Notes under the pieces: model-generated
The model's input: only the letters and a program-made list of their open reading frames with translations
What the model was told of the DNA's origin: nothing
The model's database searches: none
Assembly (NCBI RefSeq): GCF_963921235.1
Contig: NC_086124.1
Coordinates: 23,932,001 to 23,996,000 of the forward strand
Length of the DNA: 64,000 bases
DNA from: Mobula hypostoma
Taxonomy: Eukaryota
Direction of reading: 5' to 3'
Program-made: the position numbers and the translations under genes
Shown: piece by piece, positions 39,808-53,429 of the stretch
How positions within the stretch are numbered: position 1 is the stretch's first letter
Layout of the letters: each line of letters opens with the position of its first letter

Positions 39808-40400
39808 GCTGATATTGAGGCTCTATAAGGCACTCGTGAGACCACACTTGGAGTATTGCGTGCAGTTTGGGCCTCCTTATTATAGAAAGAATACACTGAC
39901 ATTGGAGAGGGTTCAGAGAAGATTCACGAGAATGATTCCAGGAATGAAAGGTTTACCATATGAGGAACGCCTGGCAGCTCTTGGGCTGTATTCCCTGGAG
40001 TTTAGTAGAATAAGAGGGGATCTCATAGAAACATTTCGAATGTTAAAAGGCCTGAACAGATTAGATATGGCAAAATTATTTCCCATGGTAGTGGATGCTA
40101 GAACAAGAGGGGAAGACTTCAGGATTGAAAGACGTCCATTTAGAACCGAGATGCGGGAAAATTACTTTCGTCAGAGGGTGGTAAATCTGTGGAATTTGTT
40201 GCAACGAGCGGCTGTGGAGGCCAGGTCACTGGGTACATTTAAGGCAGCGAAAGATCGGTTCCTGTTTAGCCAGGGCATCAAAGGGTATGGGGAGAAGGCA
40301 GGAAAGTGGGGATGACTGGTAGAATTGCATCAGCCTATGATAGAATAGCAGAGCAGACTCGATGGGCCGAATGGTCTACTTTTGTTCCTATACCTTATGG
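39808..40400 (+). mobile_element. CR1 LINE 3' fragment (B2 copy)
   Basis: Paralogue of 1798-2395. Confidence 0.85.
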
Positions 40401-42146
40401 TCTTATGGTCACGTGGAGAACATTCGAATTCAGACAACAAACACACAGACATCAGTGGAAATCGAACCCCGAACAATAATCACTGACACTATAGAGCAAT
40501 TGTGCTATCTGCTACGATATCGTGCAGCCCCTGATTATGCTAATTAGACAGTTTAGATTAACTTTTGTTTGTAATGTACACTTCCGCTGCTGAAGAAAAT
40601 GATTCTGATGGTATTTATACTGATTGAGGCCCTCTGTTGGTCCAGGTTGACCACGGTGTCCTTGCTGTCTACATGATACGCAAGATGGTACACAACTCAG
40701 AGCAGTACGATACGGTGAGCAAGCCGTTGTCGACACAACAGGCTCCCCCCTCTCCATGCTGCTGATAAAACCAAAGGAATGCCAGAGACCGATACAGTTT
40801 GGCACCAGCGGCATCGCAGTAATTGCTAGTTAGTGTTCAACTCAAAGTTCGACTGCCTTATCCAGCTCCGGATTTTTCCCTCGGGGTTTACTCCCAAAGA
40901 CTTCACCATGGAAGGCAGCGGAGTTTTCAGATCGGACTTTTGCTTCTCTTCGATGGGATGCTGACCACAGCTGATGAGCCCCATCTGCCTGAAGCGGTTG
41001 GCTTTAAGGGTCCAATGACCCACCTTTGCCCTTTCCCCTGTGCTGGGCTTAATGGCACTGTTTGTAACAATGAACACAGAATGGAAATCGGCAGCTCATT
41101 GTTAATAAACTGCCGGCCTGCTGAAAGTTGATGCTGTCATATTCATATTAAAAAAATATGAAAGTGTCAGGCAGTTTTCAGAGCAGTGGTTAGTCCACAC
41201 AGTGGTAAAAATAATTAGAGGGAAGGTCGGTTGTAGAACAGAGAGAGCAGTGTGTGTTGGTACATAAAACCTTAAAGTGGCGACAGGGACAGGGAGGTAA
41301 AGAAGGTGTTTGTACACTTGCCGTCATCGGAAGGGCACTGAATACAGGAGTTGGGATGTCACGTTGTAGCTGTACAAAGACTTCAAAGACAAAGTAACAA
41401 AGTGCGTATACTGTAGTGGGCTGGGTTATTCAGACCGAAACTAATCGAGTGTCCGGCAAATGTAATAAGTAAACAGGCCCGACAAAGGAACTTAAGCCCA
41501 ATTTATTATCACAAAAATAGAAAGGGACACAAAATACTCCGTACGAAGTCACAAAGATTCCAGTGCTCACAATTCTTAGTGACCAGTTGATTGTTGTTGG
41601 GAGAACTGCGAACTCCAACTCGCTCGTGAAATCATCCTGGGTCGTAGGCATCGATCGTGGTTTCCAGTCTAAAGAATCCAGGGAAAATTGTTCCAGTAAA
41701 TAGGAGATCCACAAACGTAGAGAGAGAAACACAGAGACAGACAGATGCCTTGATCTTTTGCCCTCCTGCCATTAACCCAGCCTGGTTTCCTTCATTCATT
41801 AACACAGTGTTCAGCATACCCTTAACATGGAACATGGAACATAGAATAGTGCAGCACAGTACAGGCCCTGCGGCCCACAATGTTCTGCCGACCCTCAAAC
41901 CCTGCCTCCTATATAAGCCCCCACTTTAAATTTTTCCATATACCCTTACTAATCAGTTGAACACTGTAATGGTCAGTCTTTATCCATCAGTCCACACATG
42001 TTTAGGACTTAACTTTCCTTGAAATTACAGCGATCAGTGTATCTTAAATGCTCTGACTCTTTCCACTTTAGATGCCCTGCCCTAAATACTCTATAAACCT
42101 TTACGTGCATAAATGCCTCTAAATGCCTAATTGCCCTGCTTTTCAT

Positions 42147-42195
<49 letters not shown>

Positions 42196-45100
42196 ATCCG
42201 ATGAGCCCTGATTCTCGTTTTGCGGACACTGTCCACGGCTCCCTGGGTAACTCAGGCAGATCCTCCAGCCAAGATTGCGCCGAGCTTCAGTCTCTATCGG
42301 GGTCGTGGCTCAGACTGAAGTTGATTTTTTTAGGTTCGTATCTTTTTTTTTGGTGACAGAGGGAGGTTTTACTGGTCAGGTTAGGATTTAGCGACAGGAA
42401 TGTGGGGCAATTAGAGGTTAGGCCAGATCTGGGGCTTTACTCCACGAGCGAAGGCCACCGATGACGTGAATGAAGGACTTTCATGGATGAGTGTCCAGTT
42501 GGCAAACATGCTGGACAAAGACTCGCTGGTACTCCTCCACACCCTGGGTAAGTCAGTTCACTGTAGAAGCAGTGGGATTGGAGGTACAGGAGGGCAGGAA
42601 GGATGAGGGCTGGTGACCCCTTAGCTACTCCAGTTGGCGTGTCTGGAGTTCGGGTCTAATGCCATCGATGAAGCCGCAGTTCGAGGACTGGAGTACAGGG
42701 TCCCATCATCATTGTGCCCTGTGGTCAAGGACTGAAGGTCGATCGCGAGTCTAGAAATTGAGACCCGATGGCCTCCGACGCTCGGTCTCCAACACACGCA
42801 GCCGGCCGGACTTTCCTGGATTTGGAGGACGGTCTCTGTGAGCGCGCCTGCATGGCGGGTCAGCGGGTGAGAGGAAGGTACAAGGTTTATTTTGCTGTTG
42901 TTTGCTGAACGTGGTGGGCAAGCGACGTAGGCGTCAGAATGTGTGGCAACACTGGCGGGCTGCACCCAACACAGTCTAATGGTTGTTTCGATACACACAC
43001 ACCAAATATCAATCAGTCTGAATCTGGGGCCGTGGGACCCACTTCTGGAGCGAGCTAAGATTAAGATCTCAGAAGCCACTCTTGGAGTCTTCGGGAATTG
43101 CTGAGCTGTTGGAGAGGGTAGCAATGATTTGAAGGCGCAGCGTGGGAATGGCACTGCAGAGGGTCCTCCACACCGAGGGGGTTGGGGAATGGTACCGAGG
43201 GTTTGCGGCACCGTGAGATGGCCGGGAAATGTGGCACTGCTGAGCTCTGTCAGGAACGCCACACTGATGCAATCTTCCAGAGTAGACACTGCAGGTACGC
43301 ATCAGCAAGTCACGTCACAGTTGTATAAAACTTTGGATGGGGTGCACTTGGTTTAACTGTGTGCAGTTCAGGCCATCCCATTACAGGTAAGATGCGGAGG
43401 AGTGGAGGTTACAGAGAAAATAGAACACATCACAGCACAGAACAGGCCTTTCGGCCCACAATGGAATTTGGACGGATCGGGGGAGGAATCTCATTGAAAC
43501 CTTTCAAATGTTGAAAGGCCTAGACAGAGTAGATATGGGAAGGATGTTTCCCATGGTAGGGGAAGTCTAGGACAAGAGGGCACAGCCTCAGGATAGAGGG
43601 GCATCCATTTAAAACAGAGATGTGGAGAAATTTCTTCAGCCAGAGGCTGGTGAATTTGTCGAATCTGTCAGCTGTGGAGGCCAGGTCGTTGGGTGCATTT
43701 AAGGAAGAACTTGATAGGTTCTTTAATGGACACGGCATCAAAGGTTACGGGGAGGGGGCTGTTGGTGGGGGGAGATCAGCCATGATTGAGAGGCAGAGCA
43801 GATTTGATGGGCCAAATAGCGTAATTCTTCCCCCATGTGTTATCATGTTTTGTTATGTCCAGCGATTTACCTACTCTAAGTTTAATACAACCCTTCCCGC
43901 CCACATAGCCCTCCATTCTTCTATCATCCATTTGCCTGTCCAAGAGTTTCTTAAATGTCCCCAAAGTATGTGTGTCCACTACCACCCCTGCTAATGCGTT
44001 CCGCGCACTCACCACTCTCTGTGTGAAAAACCTACCTCTGACATCCCCTCTATACTTTCCTCTACTCTCCTTAAAATTATACCCCATCATATTAGCCATT
44101 TCCGCCCTGAGAAAAAGCCTCTGGCTCTCCAGTCTATCGATGCCTCTTGTCGTCTTGCACACCTCTATCAGGTCACCTCTCATCCTCCTTTGCTGCGGAG
44201 AGAAAAGCCCCAGCTTGCTGAACCTGTCTTCATAAGACATGCTCTCTAATCCAGGCAGCATTCTGGTAAATCTTCTCTGCACCCTCTCCAAATGAAATGG
44301 CCTGAACTGAACACAATACTTCAAGTGTGGTCTAACTGGAGTTCTGTGATGAAACATTTTCTGATGGATCTGAAACTTAATCATCCGACTGATGACGGCC
44401 AACACTCCTTACGCTTTCTTCACCATTCTGTCGCCTTGCTACCGAATTTGAGGCATCTACGGGCTCCATCTCTGTTCCTCCACACTGCTAAAAGTCCTGA
44501 CAAAAACTCTGCCTTTAAGTTCAACCTTACAAAGTGAGTCATTTCACACTTTTCTGAGTGACACTCTGAGGTGTCAGAGTTCAGTGAATCAGCGATGACA
44601 AAGGCTTTGGAGAGGATGCAGAAAAGGGGGCAAGTACGACTCAAGGGTTGAAACGGCTTCTAGATGGGCACGGGATAAAGGCACAGGAGCAGTATGACAT
44701 GGTCTGGCAGCATGGGCAACGACCTCATCTCTCTGGCTGTGAAACTGCAGAGGACCCTGCCACCACCGGGGTCTCATCACAACGGCAACAGCTGTTTACA
44801 GTTTACTGTTTACCGTTTACCTCTGTTGAGCGCTACACGGTCATTGAATTATACTTATAAACTTACCTGTGGCAATATTTTGTGTCATGCGCTGTGTATC
44901 GTGTATATTTTGTATGTTTCCGTGGTCCCGGGGAGCAATGCTTCGTTTGATCGTATGTATGTACCGCCAGATGATAACAAATGTGAACTTGAGAAGGAGA
45001 AAGGATAAGTGACGCGGAGAAGTTAAATATATCATGCACTGCGTGATTGTTGACTGGAAATCGTTGTCATACAGACTCATAGATGGTGATTTAAAGGAAC

Positions 45101-46433
45101 AGCTGAAAATATATGGACGGACACAAACGCAAGCGGAGTCTGGGGTGACAAGTGTATTTACCTATGACAGGATTGTGTTGAAAACTTGGCAGATGAAGGT
45201 TAATCCGGAATCAGTGGCCGGCTACACACTGTGCGTGGGGTGAGGTTAAATGCAATCATAAAATATTTATTGAATGGACTGGATGTTTCGAAGCTTTAAT
45301 GAACAGTCGGAACTTTGGCTGGACCTCCATGTCTTTCTGAATGTAACATGGAACGGAGAGATGTTGGTAAAGAAGGGGTAAGCATCATTCTGTTAAATGG
45401 TCTTATTTTTAGTAATGTTCAGGAAGTCATGCAGCAGCTGCGTGAATAATCGAATGTGGATATCTCCGACTTCCAGTTCATTTTCCCCCTCTATTTTCCA
45501 TTACTTTAATTCTCCACTCCGTCCCCACTTATTTCCTCTCTCTTCTCCCTGCGCATTTCCTCCGCTTACTTCCCCTTCCCTCTCTCCTGTGATCCACTTG
45601 CTTTTCCGATCTGATTCCTTCTTCTGCTATTTGTCTTCCACTTATCACCACCTAACATTGCTTCACACCCCTCTCGTATTCAGTACTTTAACTGCAACTT
45701 TCTAGTCTGTACACATTCCCCTCCGTCCACCTTATTAGTCTGATTTCTTTACTCTTCCTTTCCAGTTTCGATGAAGGGTTCTGGAAAACTCGACTGTATA
45801 TTCATTCATATAGATCCTGCCTGAGCTAATGAGCCCCCCCACTCTAAGGATGCTTAGCATCTGCAAAATCTCTTCGCTGCAGAAATACTCACATTTGGAC
45901 CGTCGTTCATTTGGTCTTCTAAGCATCACTTAGACAGAGTATTGATTAAGCAGAGATTGACCATGGAGACGCACATGAGGAGTTTAAATTAGCGTTTTTG
46001 TTGGCACCCCGATCATGTGCCGAACGGTCTATTCAGGTGCTGGACTGATCTGTGTTAATCATTTTCACCCACGTATTTATAAAATTGAGTTAAGTGCGGA
46101 TTCTTTGATTCGATTACTGGGCCAGACAGCCCTGTTTCCCATAGTTCTTGAAAGACAAACAGAATGATAGAATGCGGCACACAACTGCTGATATTTATTC
46201 CGCGACATAGAAGCTAGTCCTTTTTACAGGAGCGGGAAGTTGAGGGAAGAAGTTTCATTTTAAGACTATCTTATTTTTCTTATTTATGGATACAGCAGGG
46301 TAGCAGGGGTTTCCACCAGAACCTTCACGTCTTTGCAATGTGTATGCAACAGAGGCATCTGGAGTAAACCTCCGCCGTCGCCGATAGATCGTACAAAATT
46401 CATAGAGACGGCTGTGGGGACTGAAACCGCGTC

Positions 46434-48339
46434 TCAGGCGCTGTGAAGCATTGTCCGAACCACTACGCTACGTTTAATTGGTGGGCTTAGTTTCCGATTA
46501 GCTTGTCTCACTCGGCGAGAGAATGGAGATTTCAACACCTCCCGCATCTGCTCCCTGAACTCCTTCTGGGTGATGGCGTAAAGAGCCGTGTTTGTGCAGC
46601 AGCTCAGAAGTTGCAGCATGTAGCCCAGTTCCCGCATGGTCGCCATTGCTGTGATTCCGGAGTCTCCTCCGAGATCTGCTCGCCACTACCACGTGTCTGA
46701 TGGTCAAAGCATTGAGCAGCAGAATGACCACAAACGGGATCACAGGCGTCAGAAAGAAGCTGCAAGACTCGACTACTGTCCAGGCAACTGAGAACAGAAC
46801 ACCGTCTCTTCCGCGGCAAAACCAAGGGCTTTATTAAACTGGTAGTGTCCTGAGAGCAAAATATACCAGAAAATGTTCTTCAAACAGCTCAGGGCGGCCA
46901 CAGTCCACAGAACAACAGCCGCAGTTCTCTCGGTGCAGTATTGAGCTTTCAGATTCTGGTAGCGATTAGCCACAAATCGGTCAAAGGTGAACATGACGGT
47001 GAACCAGACGGAGCAGTCGTTGGCTGTGTAACGTAGGACCGCGTGGATATTACACACGGGGATGTTCATCAGGAATATAAACGCTTCCCAAAAAACAATA
47101 GGAATCTGCCTCAAAACCAGGTCGAAGACAACAACGAGAAGATCCGCCATTGCCATGGCCATCAAGTAACGAGCGACGCCTTTCGAAAGACCGCACTTTC
47201 CCTGGGACAGGACCACAATCGTCAGCACGTTCACTATTGGGATTGAAAGAAACACAAGCATGTTTGTGGGCAAGGAATAATGTCAGCACAGTCACAGACA
47301 GAAAATATAGAAACATGTCTTTGAACCCAGACTTGCCGACTGCGGTTTTCCAGCATCAGCGATGTCTGCTGGTGACGAGGATTATACGTCAGTGAAGTCG
47401 ACAAGAACTGGAAAATTACGTCACCACGCCAAAGAACGAACAGCTGAGAAGATGTGCTCTCGGATTTCGGTGAAGATGAATTCCAAATAGGGCTCGAAAT
47501 TGGTGATTGAATTGGAATTGCTTTACTGTTACGGAAGTGGTATCACAAGGGTACAGGGAAACACGCGTCTCCACAATGTGCACACAGATCAGTTCTTTAC
47601 TCAGTGCTTTGAGGCGTGACGTAATATCAGTTCAGGCTCTCCGGCTTCTTTTGCTGGTCTTTTAAATGTACGCAATATTTGGGAATCCAACTATTTTAAA
47701 ATGCAGTCCAAATTGGGAGTTCGATATCTGAAGCTACCAGGGATGCTTACTCAGTTGAAAATTTTAAACGCCAGCTCAGGAGATCTTTATTTAACCTTGA
47801 TTTTAACTGGAATTATTTTGTCTGCTCTTTTCATGTATATGTCTGTTTGTATTTTAAAAACACATTGAAACTTCGTCTATTCGGAAAGTGCCCTAATTAT
47901 TATTATTATTTTTATTATTATTATTATTATTAATGCTGTTGTTGCTGTTGTCGTTATTGTTGTTGTTTAAAGAAAAAAAAACAGGAAGATAAATGTTATT
48001 GACCGAATCTTTCAATGTATTACAGGTTCATCAGCAAAAGTTCAGTTAGTGAGGACGATGGAATGCGTTAACCGGAAAATGTCATTAAATTCCTACCGAT
48101 CAAATCCCTTTACCGGAACCCATGATGACTGCTTCTCCTTCTCTCGTCAGCAGCTTACCGGGAAATGCAACCAAAGCGAGAACGGGATAGTAGATGGGCT
48201 GACTTGTCCGGAGTAAATACCAGATACGTCTGTCTTCTAATATCCAAGGGTTATTCGAAAAAATATAGGGAGCCAGACTGAAGACACCCTTCCCCGTCCC
48301 TGGAACATTCCATGGTCCTATTTCTCGTTCCTGAACCAT
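46434..48339 (-). pseudogene. GPR139/GPR142-like GPCR pseudogene, copy 3 (exon 1 48339-48159, exon 2 47233-46434)
   Basis: A 1-nt deletion near 46830 (gggctttatt vs gggacgttatt) shifts the frame to a stop at 46773-46775. A further 170-nt deletion at 46642/46643 removes the end of ICL3, TM6 and ECL3. Confidence 0.92.
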
Positions 48340-51221
48340 TGCCCTTCACCGTTCCCAGATTCCAGTCGGTGACCGGCGATTCGCGCGCTGCACATCTAAC
48401 CGTTCACGTAAAATTCCACTTTGATGTTCGCAGTTCCCCAATTATTGTCTTCCGCTGTCGAGCCGCTGCGGTCCGAGTGTGAACCTTCATCGAAAGGAGC
48501 AATTTTAAATAGAGCCGCTACTCCCCCAGTGACATAACCAGGCTCCATACGGGCTGACGTTAATTACTCAACGTACATCTGCGGTTAACCCCTTTGAATC
48601 CGGATCGCTGGTGCAAAAGGTAAAACGAATTATTAAACAGGGTGGTGATGTCCGGGATATATGTCCAACGATCCCGGACATTCGTTCTGCATCATCTAGC
48701 AGGAGACAGAATAGTTGCAAGCACGTACCATCAGGCTGAGTAACAGCTTCAATCACCACATTATTAAAATATTCAACCCTTCCCCCTGACGATCAGATGG
48801 ACTCTTGATATTGCAATCTGCCTTGCTCTGACTTTGCAATTTGTTGTTCCCCTGCGCCGCACCTTTTTCTGTAACTGCAGCACTTTATTCTGCATTCTGT
48901 CATTGTATTACCCGGAAATCAATGCACTGAGGCAATCATTTTTTTTTTGAATGAGGAGTATGTAGAACAAGGTTGTTTTCTTTTCCCGGCACCGGCAAAT
49001 ACAATGAAGTTCCGCGTACCATCAGTGTCCGATCGGGCAGGATGCTGCGCAGCGTCCTCACCAGGACCAGCAGTATCTAAAACAGTTACTTTCTCCAGGC
49101 GGTAACTGATCGACACTTATACCGACCAACACATTCCACCATCTCCCCCTCCCACCCAACACCACTACTTTATCATTTCCTATCAGTAAACATGTGAACA
49201 GCCCTTAGAGTCACTTTGTAGACATATCAATCTCTGTATATGAACTATTTATGTATTTATATTTATTGTCCTTTTTATTACTGTGCTCTTTCGCCTATTG
49301 TGTTTTTTGAATCTTGAATAATAAACCCATTTACTAATTGACCACTCTGCAGTGTGATGGATCAATCGGTTAGGGAGCGTCCTGCAGGTTCTGATGAAAG
49401 ACTCAGAGGGGATCCTTTCTTAAGACGGGAGGAGGGTGATGGAAACCTTGCAACTTTGCTCCAGTTAATCTGAAGTCACTGCGTCGGCGATGAAGGAGTG
49501 GATCATGTTGTATCGGACGAGTGACAATTCGGAAATTACGCGGTCGAAATTGCTTTATTTATAAAAGGGATTTGGACCAAATCTGTATTAAAGTTCAACA
49601 TATATTAAATCCCGTTTAAACGCCCATCTACTCGACTGAAACAATGACAACAAACACAGACCGTTGGAGGAGCTCGGCAGGTCAGGCAGCCTATATGGAA
49701 GTGAATAAACAGTGGACGTTTCCGGTCGAGACCATTCATCAGGACCGAAGAGGAAGGACGCACACGCCAGAGTGAAATGGTGGGGAAGGCGATAAGGAAT
49801 ACAGATTGGTACGTGATACTTGTAGCCAAGTGAGCAGGTAAATAGGTGGGTGGGGAAGAGGGATGAAGTAAAGACGTTGCAGTTGATAGTTGGAACAAAT
49901 AAGAGCTAGAGCAGAAAGAATCTGATAAGAGAGGGGAATAAACCATGGGGGAAATTGAAGGAGGTGGTCACAAGGGGGAGGTGATCTGCTTGTGAGGAAA
50001 TGAAGGAAGAATGGTGTCAGAATGGATAATTGACGAAAATGGAAGGGGAGCAGAGAAAATTATCGGAAGACATTAAAACTTTGACATTTTTCTTTTTATG
50101 CACCTACCGTATCAAAAATCCTTCCACGATTAAACCGGTTAGTACATCTGCTGTGTTGCGTTCGGATCACATCGCAGGAAAATATAAGCCAGCCTACCAA
50201 CATTTCGTCATAACCTGCAAACCAACAGATTGCCCAGAGATTCTCCTCCGCACTGCTTTCAATCCTCCTGTACGTTGGTGACCAGAATTACGCACAGTAC
50301 TCTGAAAGCGGGCAACGTAATGTTATGCACATGAGAATGGTGTTGATTAAAGGAACTGCTTTGACTGAATAGTGGAGAAGTCCTGTTGGGCAGAATAGCT
50401 GCATTATGATGCTATAATTTGTGGGTTCAATACCTCACCCTGGGTCCCTTTCACTTTCCAGTTTTACCCTTTATACTCACAGGTACGCCCTGTTCTTCGC
50501 CTGTTGATCACTTTGTTAACACTCTCTCACTGGCTGTCTCTTCTTTCCGTTAGACTGCTGCTAGTTCTCGACGAAATGTCTGGATATTATCCCTGCTCTA
50601 GTTTATGGCCACAACACTGTGAACCTTCATCGCTATTCGTGCCTGTGTTTCCTTTTCTCACATCTCTCCACCCTCTCTATCCTTACCCTCTCTCCTTGTC
50701 CCTGACTCTCTCTCTCTCTCTCTCTGGCTGTGCCCCAGACCCTCTTGCTGTCTTGGCATCCATTGTGCGCACACCAGACAGCAGTACAAATGGGGCTCCA
50801 TGTTGAGGGATGGGTGCACACAGAACAAACCAGTGCACAGCGGCGGTGTGAAGAGGACCGTCTACACGCCGTACTCAAGTGCACTGGGGACAGTTTTCGG
50901 ATGTGTCTGTACAGACCGGACCATTTAACGATGAAATTTCTTTTGACACACCTGCCATTGGAAAACATACTTCCGTGATTAATCCCGTCTGTACATTTCA
51001 TCAACGGATGTATTTCCTTCAGGTCACCTTGCACGGAAATTACGATCAACCTGTCCAGTAGAGAGAGCCGTGGAGTAATAGAAAAGTACAGCACAGAAAA
51101 AGACCCTTCCGCCAATCTAACTGAGCCGAACCAATTAAACTTCTACTCCCCTCGACCTACACGCGTATCACAGCCCTCCCAAACCCATGCATCCGTTTAT
51201 CTGTCCAAGCCTCTATCAGAC

Positions 51222-53427
51222 CAGAGGTCCCCAACCACCGGGCCGCGGATCGGTACCGGGTCGCAACGCATGTGCTACCGGGCCGCGAGGAAACCTTTCC
51301 TCATTCCCTGTCACGTACAGTTGAGCCTTTACGCATGCGTGGTCATGAACCGCGCTTCATCCATGTCAGCGCGGGAAGAAGATCAATTCCCTGAGCTTGC
51401 AAATGACGGCAGGCTGAAAAGTATGTTTGACATAACATCTCAGCCGGCATTCTGGATCAAAGTCAAGGCTAAATAACCTGAGATAGCCAAGAAAGCACAC
51501 AAAATGCTGCTTCCATTTATAAAATATGTCTGCGAAGCGGGCTTCTCTGCAATGAATGCTACGAAAACTAAATTGCGGAACAGACTGGACATAAGTAACC
51601 CCCTTCGAGTACCGCTGTCTCCCATCACCCCTCGATAAGACCGTCTCCTTGCTGGAAAACAAGCCCAGGGCTCACACTGATTCACAGATATTTGTGTGTT
51701 GCAATGATTCGATATGTTCATACGTTGAGTGAAAGGAGTTTGGGGTTTGATGTTCTTGTTCTTGACAGCTTTTTTTGTGTGGTGTAGGATTTGATGTTTA
51801 TCTTTGAATTCTTTCCATGCATTTCTTTGTACTGTGGCTATCTGGAGAAGACAAATCTCAGAGTTGCATACTGAGTGCATAATTTAATAATAAATGAACC
51901 TTTGAACGATTGTTGATGCCTGACGGGGCGATTTGGGTATCTCAGAGAATGTTGAACTCATGGGATTTTCAGGCACGAGTCTCTGGAGCAGGGGTCCCCA
52001 ATCTTTTTTACACTACGGACCGGTTTAATATTGACAATAATCTTGCGGACCGGCCGACCGGGGCGGGGGGCGGGTAGGATTGCCAACGGACAAGAGTAGC
52101 AGTCAGATACGTTGTGTTCACCCCGAGAAAGATTTCAATGACCATGAAGCCTTGTGCGGGCTCCAGTGCGCATGCATTTACGTGCAGATGGTTTTTTCCC
52201 GACAAATTCTTTTTGGTGATTCTGTTCGTGGGATTGGAGTTTTGTTAACCACGACCGGAATATCGGTAATAACTGCCTAATACACTCAACTTTCTTTCTA
52301 AAAGGGTTTTTCTAACGAACTTAATATTAAACACACTGCGCATATTTTCCTCTCATGAATATAGTGATAAGTCAATTATCAGGGGAGGACAGGGGAGCGT
52401 GAAGTAAGTGTTGAACGAACTTTCAGTAGAAGTGGTAGAGGCAGGTTCGATATTATCATTTAAAGAAAAATTGGATGGGTGTATGGGTAGGAAGGGAATT
52501 GCGGGTTGTGGGCTGAGTGCAGATCGGTGGGACTAGGTGAGAGTAGGGTTCAGAGCGGGTTAGAAGGGCGGAAATGGCCTGTTCCCGTGCTGTAATTGTT
52601 ATATGGTTATATAAGTCAATAGCATCATAACATTTTAAGTAACGTTTGGATATTAAACACACAGCACATATTTTCCCGTAATAAACATATAAAATCATTG
52701 CAACATACCGATATCGCTGAATCAGTGGGAGCCTTGGACTTGTTTCCCTGCAAGGAGACGGTCCTGTCGAGGGGTGATGGGAGACAGCGATACTCGAATG
52801 GGGTTCCTTATGTCCAGTCTATTCCACAATTTGGTTTTCGTTGCTTTCATTGCAGAAAAGCCCGCTTCGGAGAGAAATTTTGGAAATGGAAGCAGTGTTT
52901 TCAGTGCTTTCGTGGCTATCTCAGGATATTTAGCCTTGGCTTTGATACAGAATGCCGGCAGAGATGTTATCTCAAACATACTTTTTAGCCCGGCATCATT
53001 TGCAAGCTCGGGGAGTTGATCTCCTTCCCGCGATGACATGGACGATGCACGGTTAATGACCTCGCATGTGTAATGGCTCAGCAGTGCGTGACAGGGAAAG
53101 AGGTAAGGTTTCCTCGCGGCCCGGTAGCACATGCTTTGTGGCCAGGTACCGGTCCGCGGCCCGGTGGTTGGGGACCACTGGACAAAATAAAATTCTGGTG
53201 AGCGGAGGGGATTCTGCAAGTAAACGCATGTGCACTGGTTCCCGCGCGGGGCTTCAGGGACATTGAAGTCTTTCTCGGGGTAAACACAACGTAGTTGACT
53301 GCTATTCTTCTCCGTTGGCAACCCTACACCCGACAACCACCCGCCCCCCACCTGCCCACCGCGGTCGGCAAGAATATTATCAATATTAAACCGGTTCACA
53401 GTGCAAAAAATGGTTTGGGGACCCCTG
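51222..53427. mobile_element. Unit B copies of the Buster-type cluster (truncated E1 51222-51724, E2 51989-53180, terminal fragment 53181-53427)
   Basis: Collinear with A 14675-18007. ORF 52722-53465 includes LLPFPKFLSEAGFSAMKATKTKLWNRLDI, a Buster-like C-terminus. Confidence 0.75.
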
Positions 53428-53429
53428 CA

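Noticed and set aside
42009-42356. Poly-Asp and poly-Ile ORFs
   Set aside because: Translations of the (CAT)n microsatellite, whose length varies freely between copies.
42621-43289. 222-aa minus-strand ORF
   Set aside because: Broken by stops in the A and B1 paralogues, with no recognisable domain.
46642-46831. 1-nt + 170-nt deletions sum to 171 (frame-restoring)
   Set aside because: A stop at 46773-46775 lies between the two lesions, so there is no compensated ORF.
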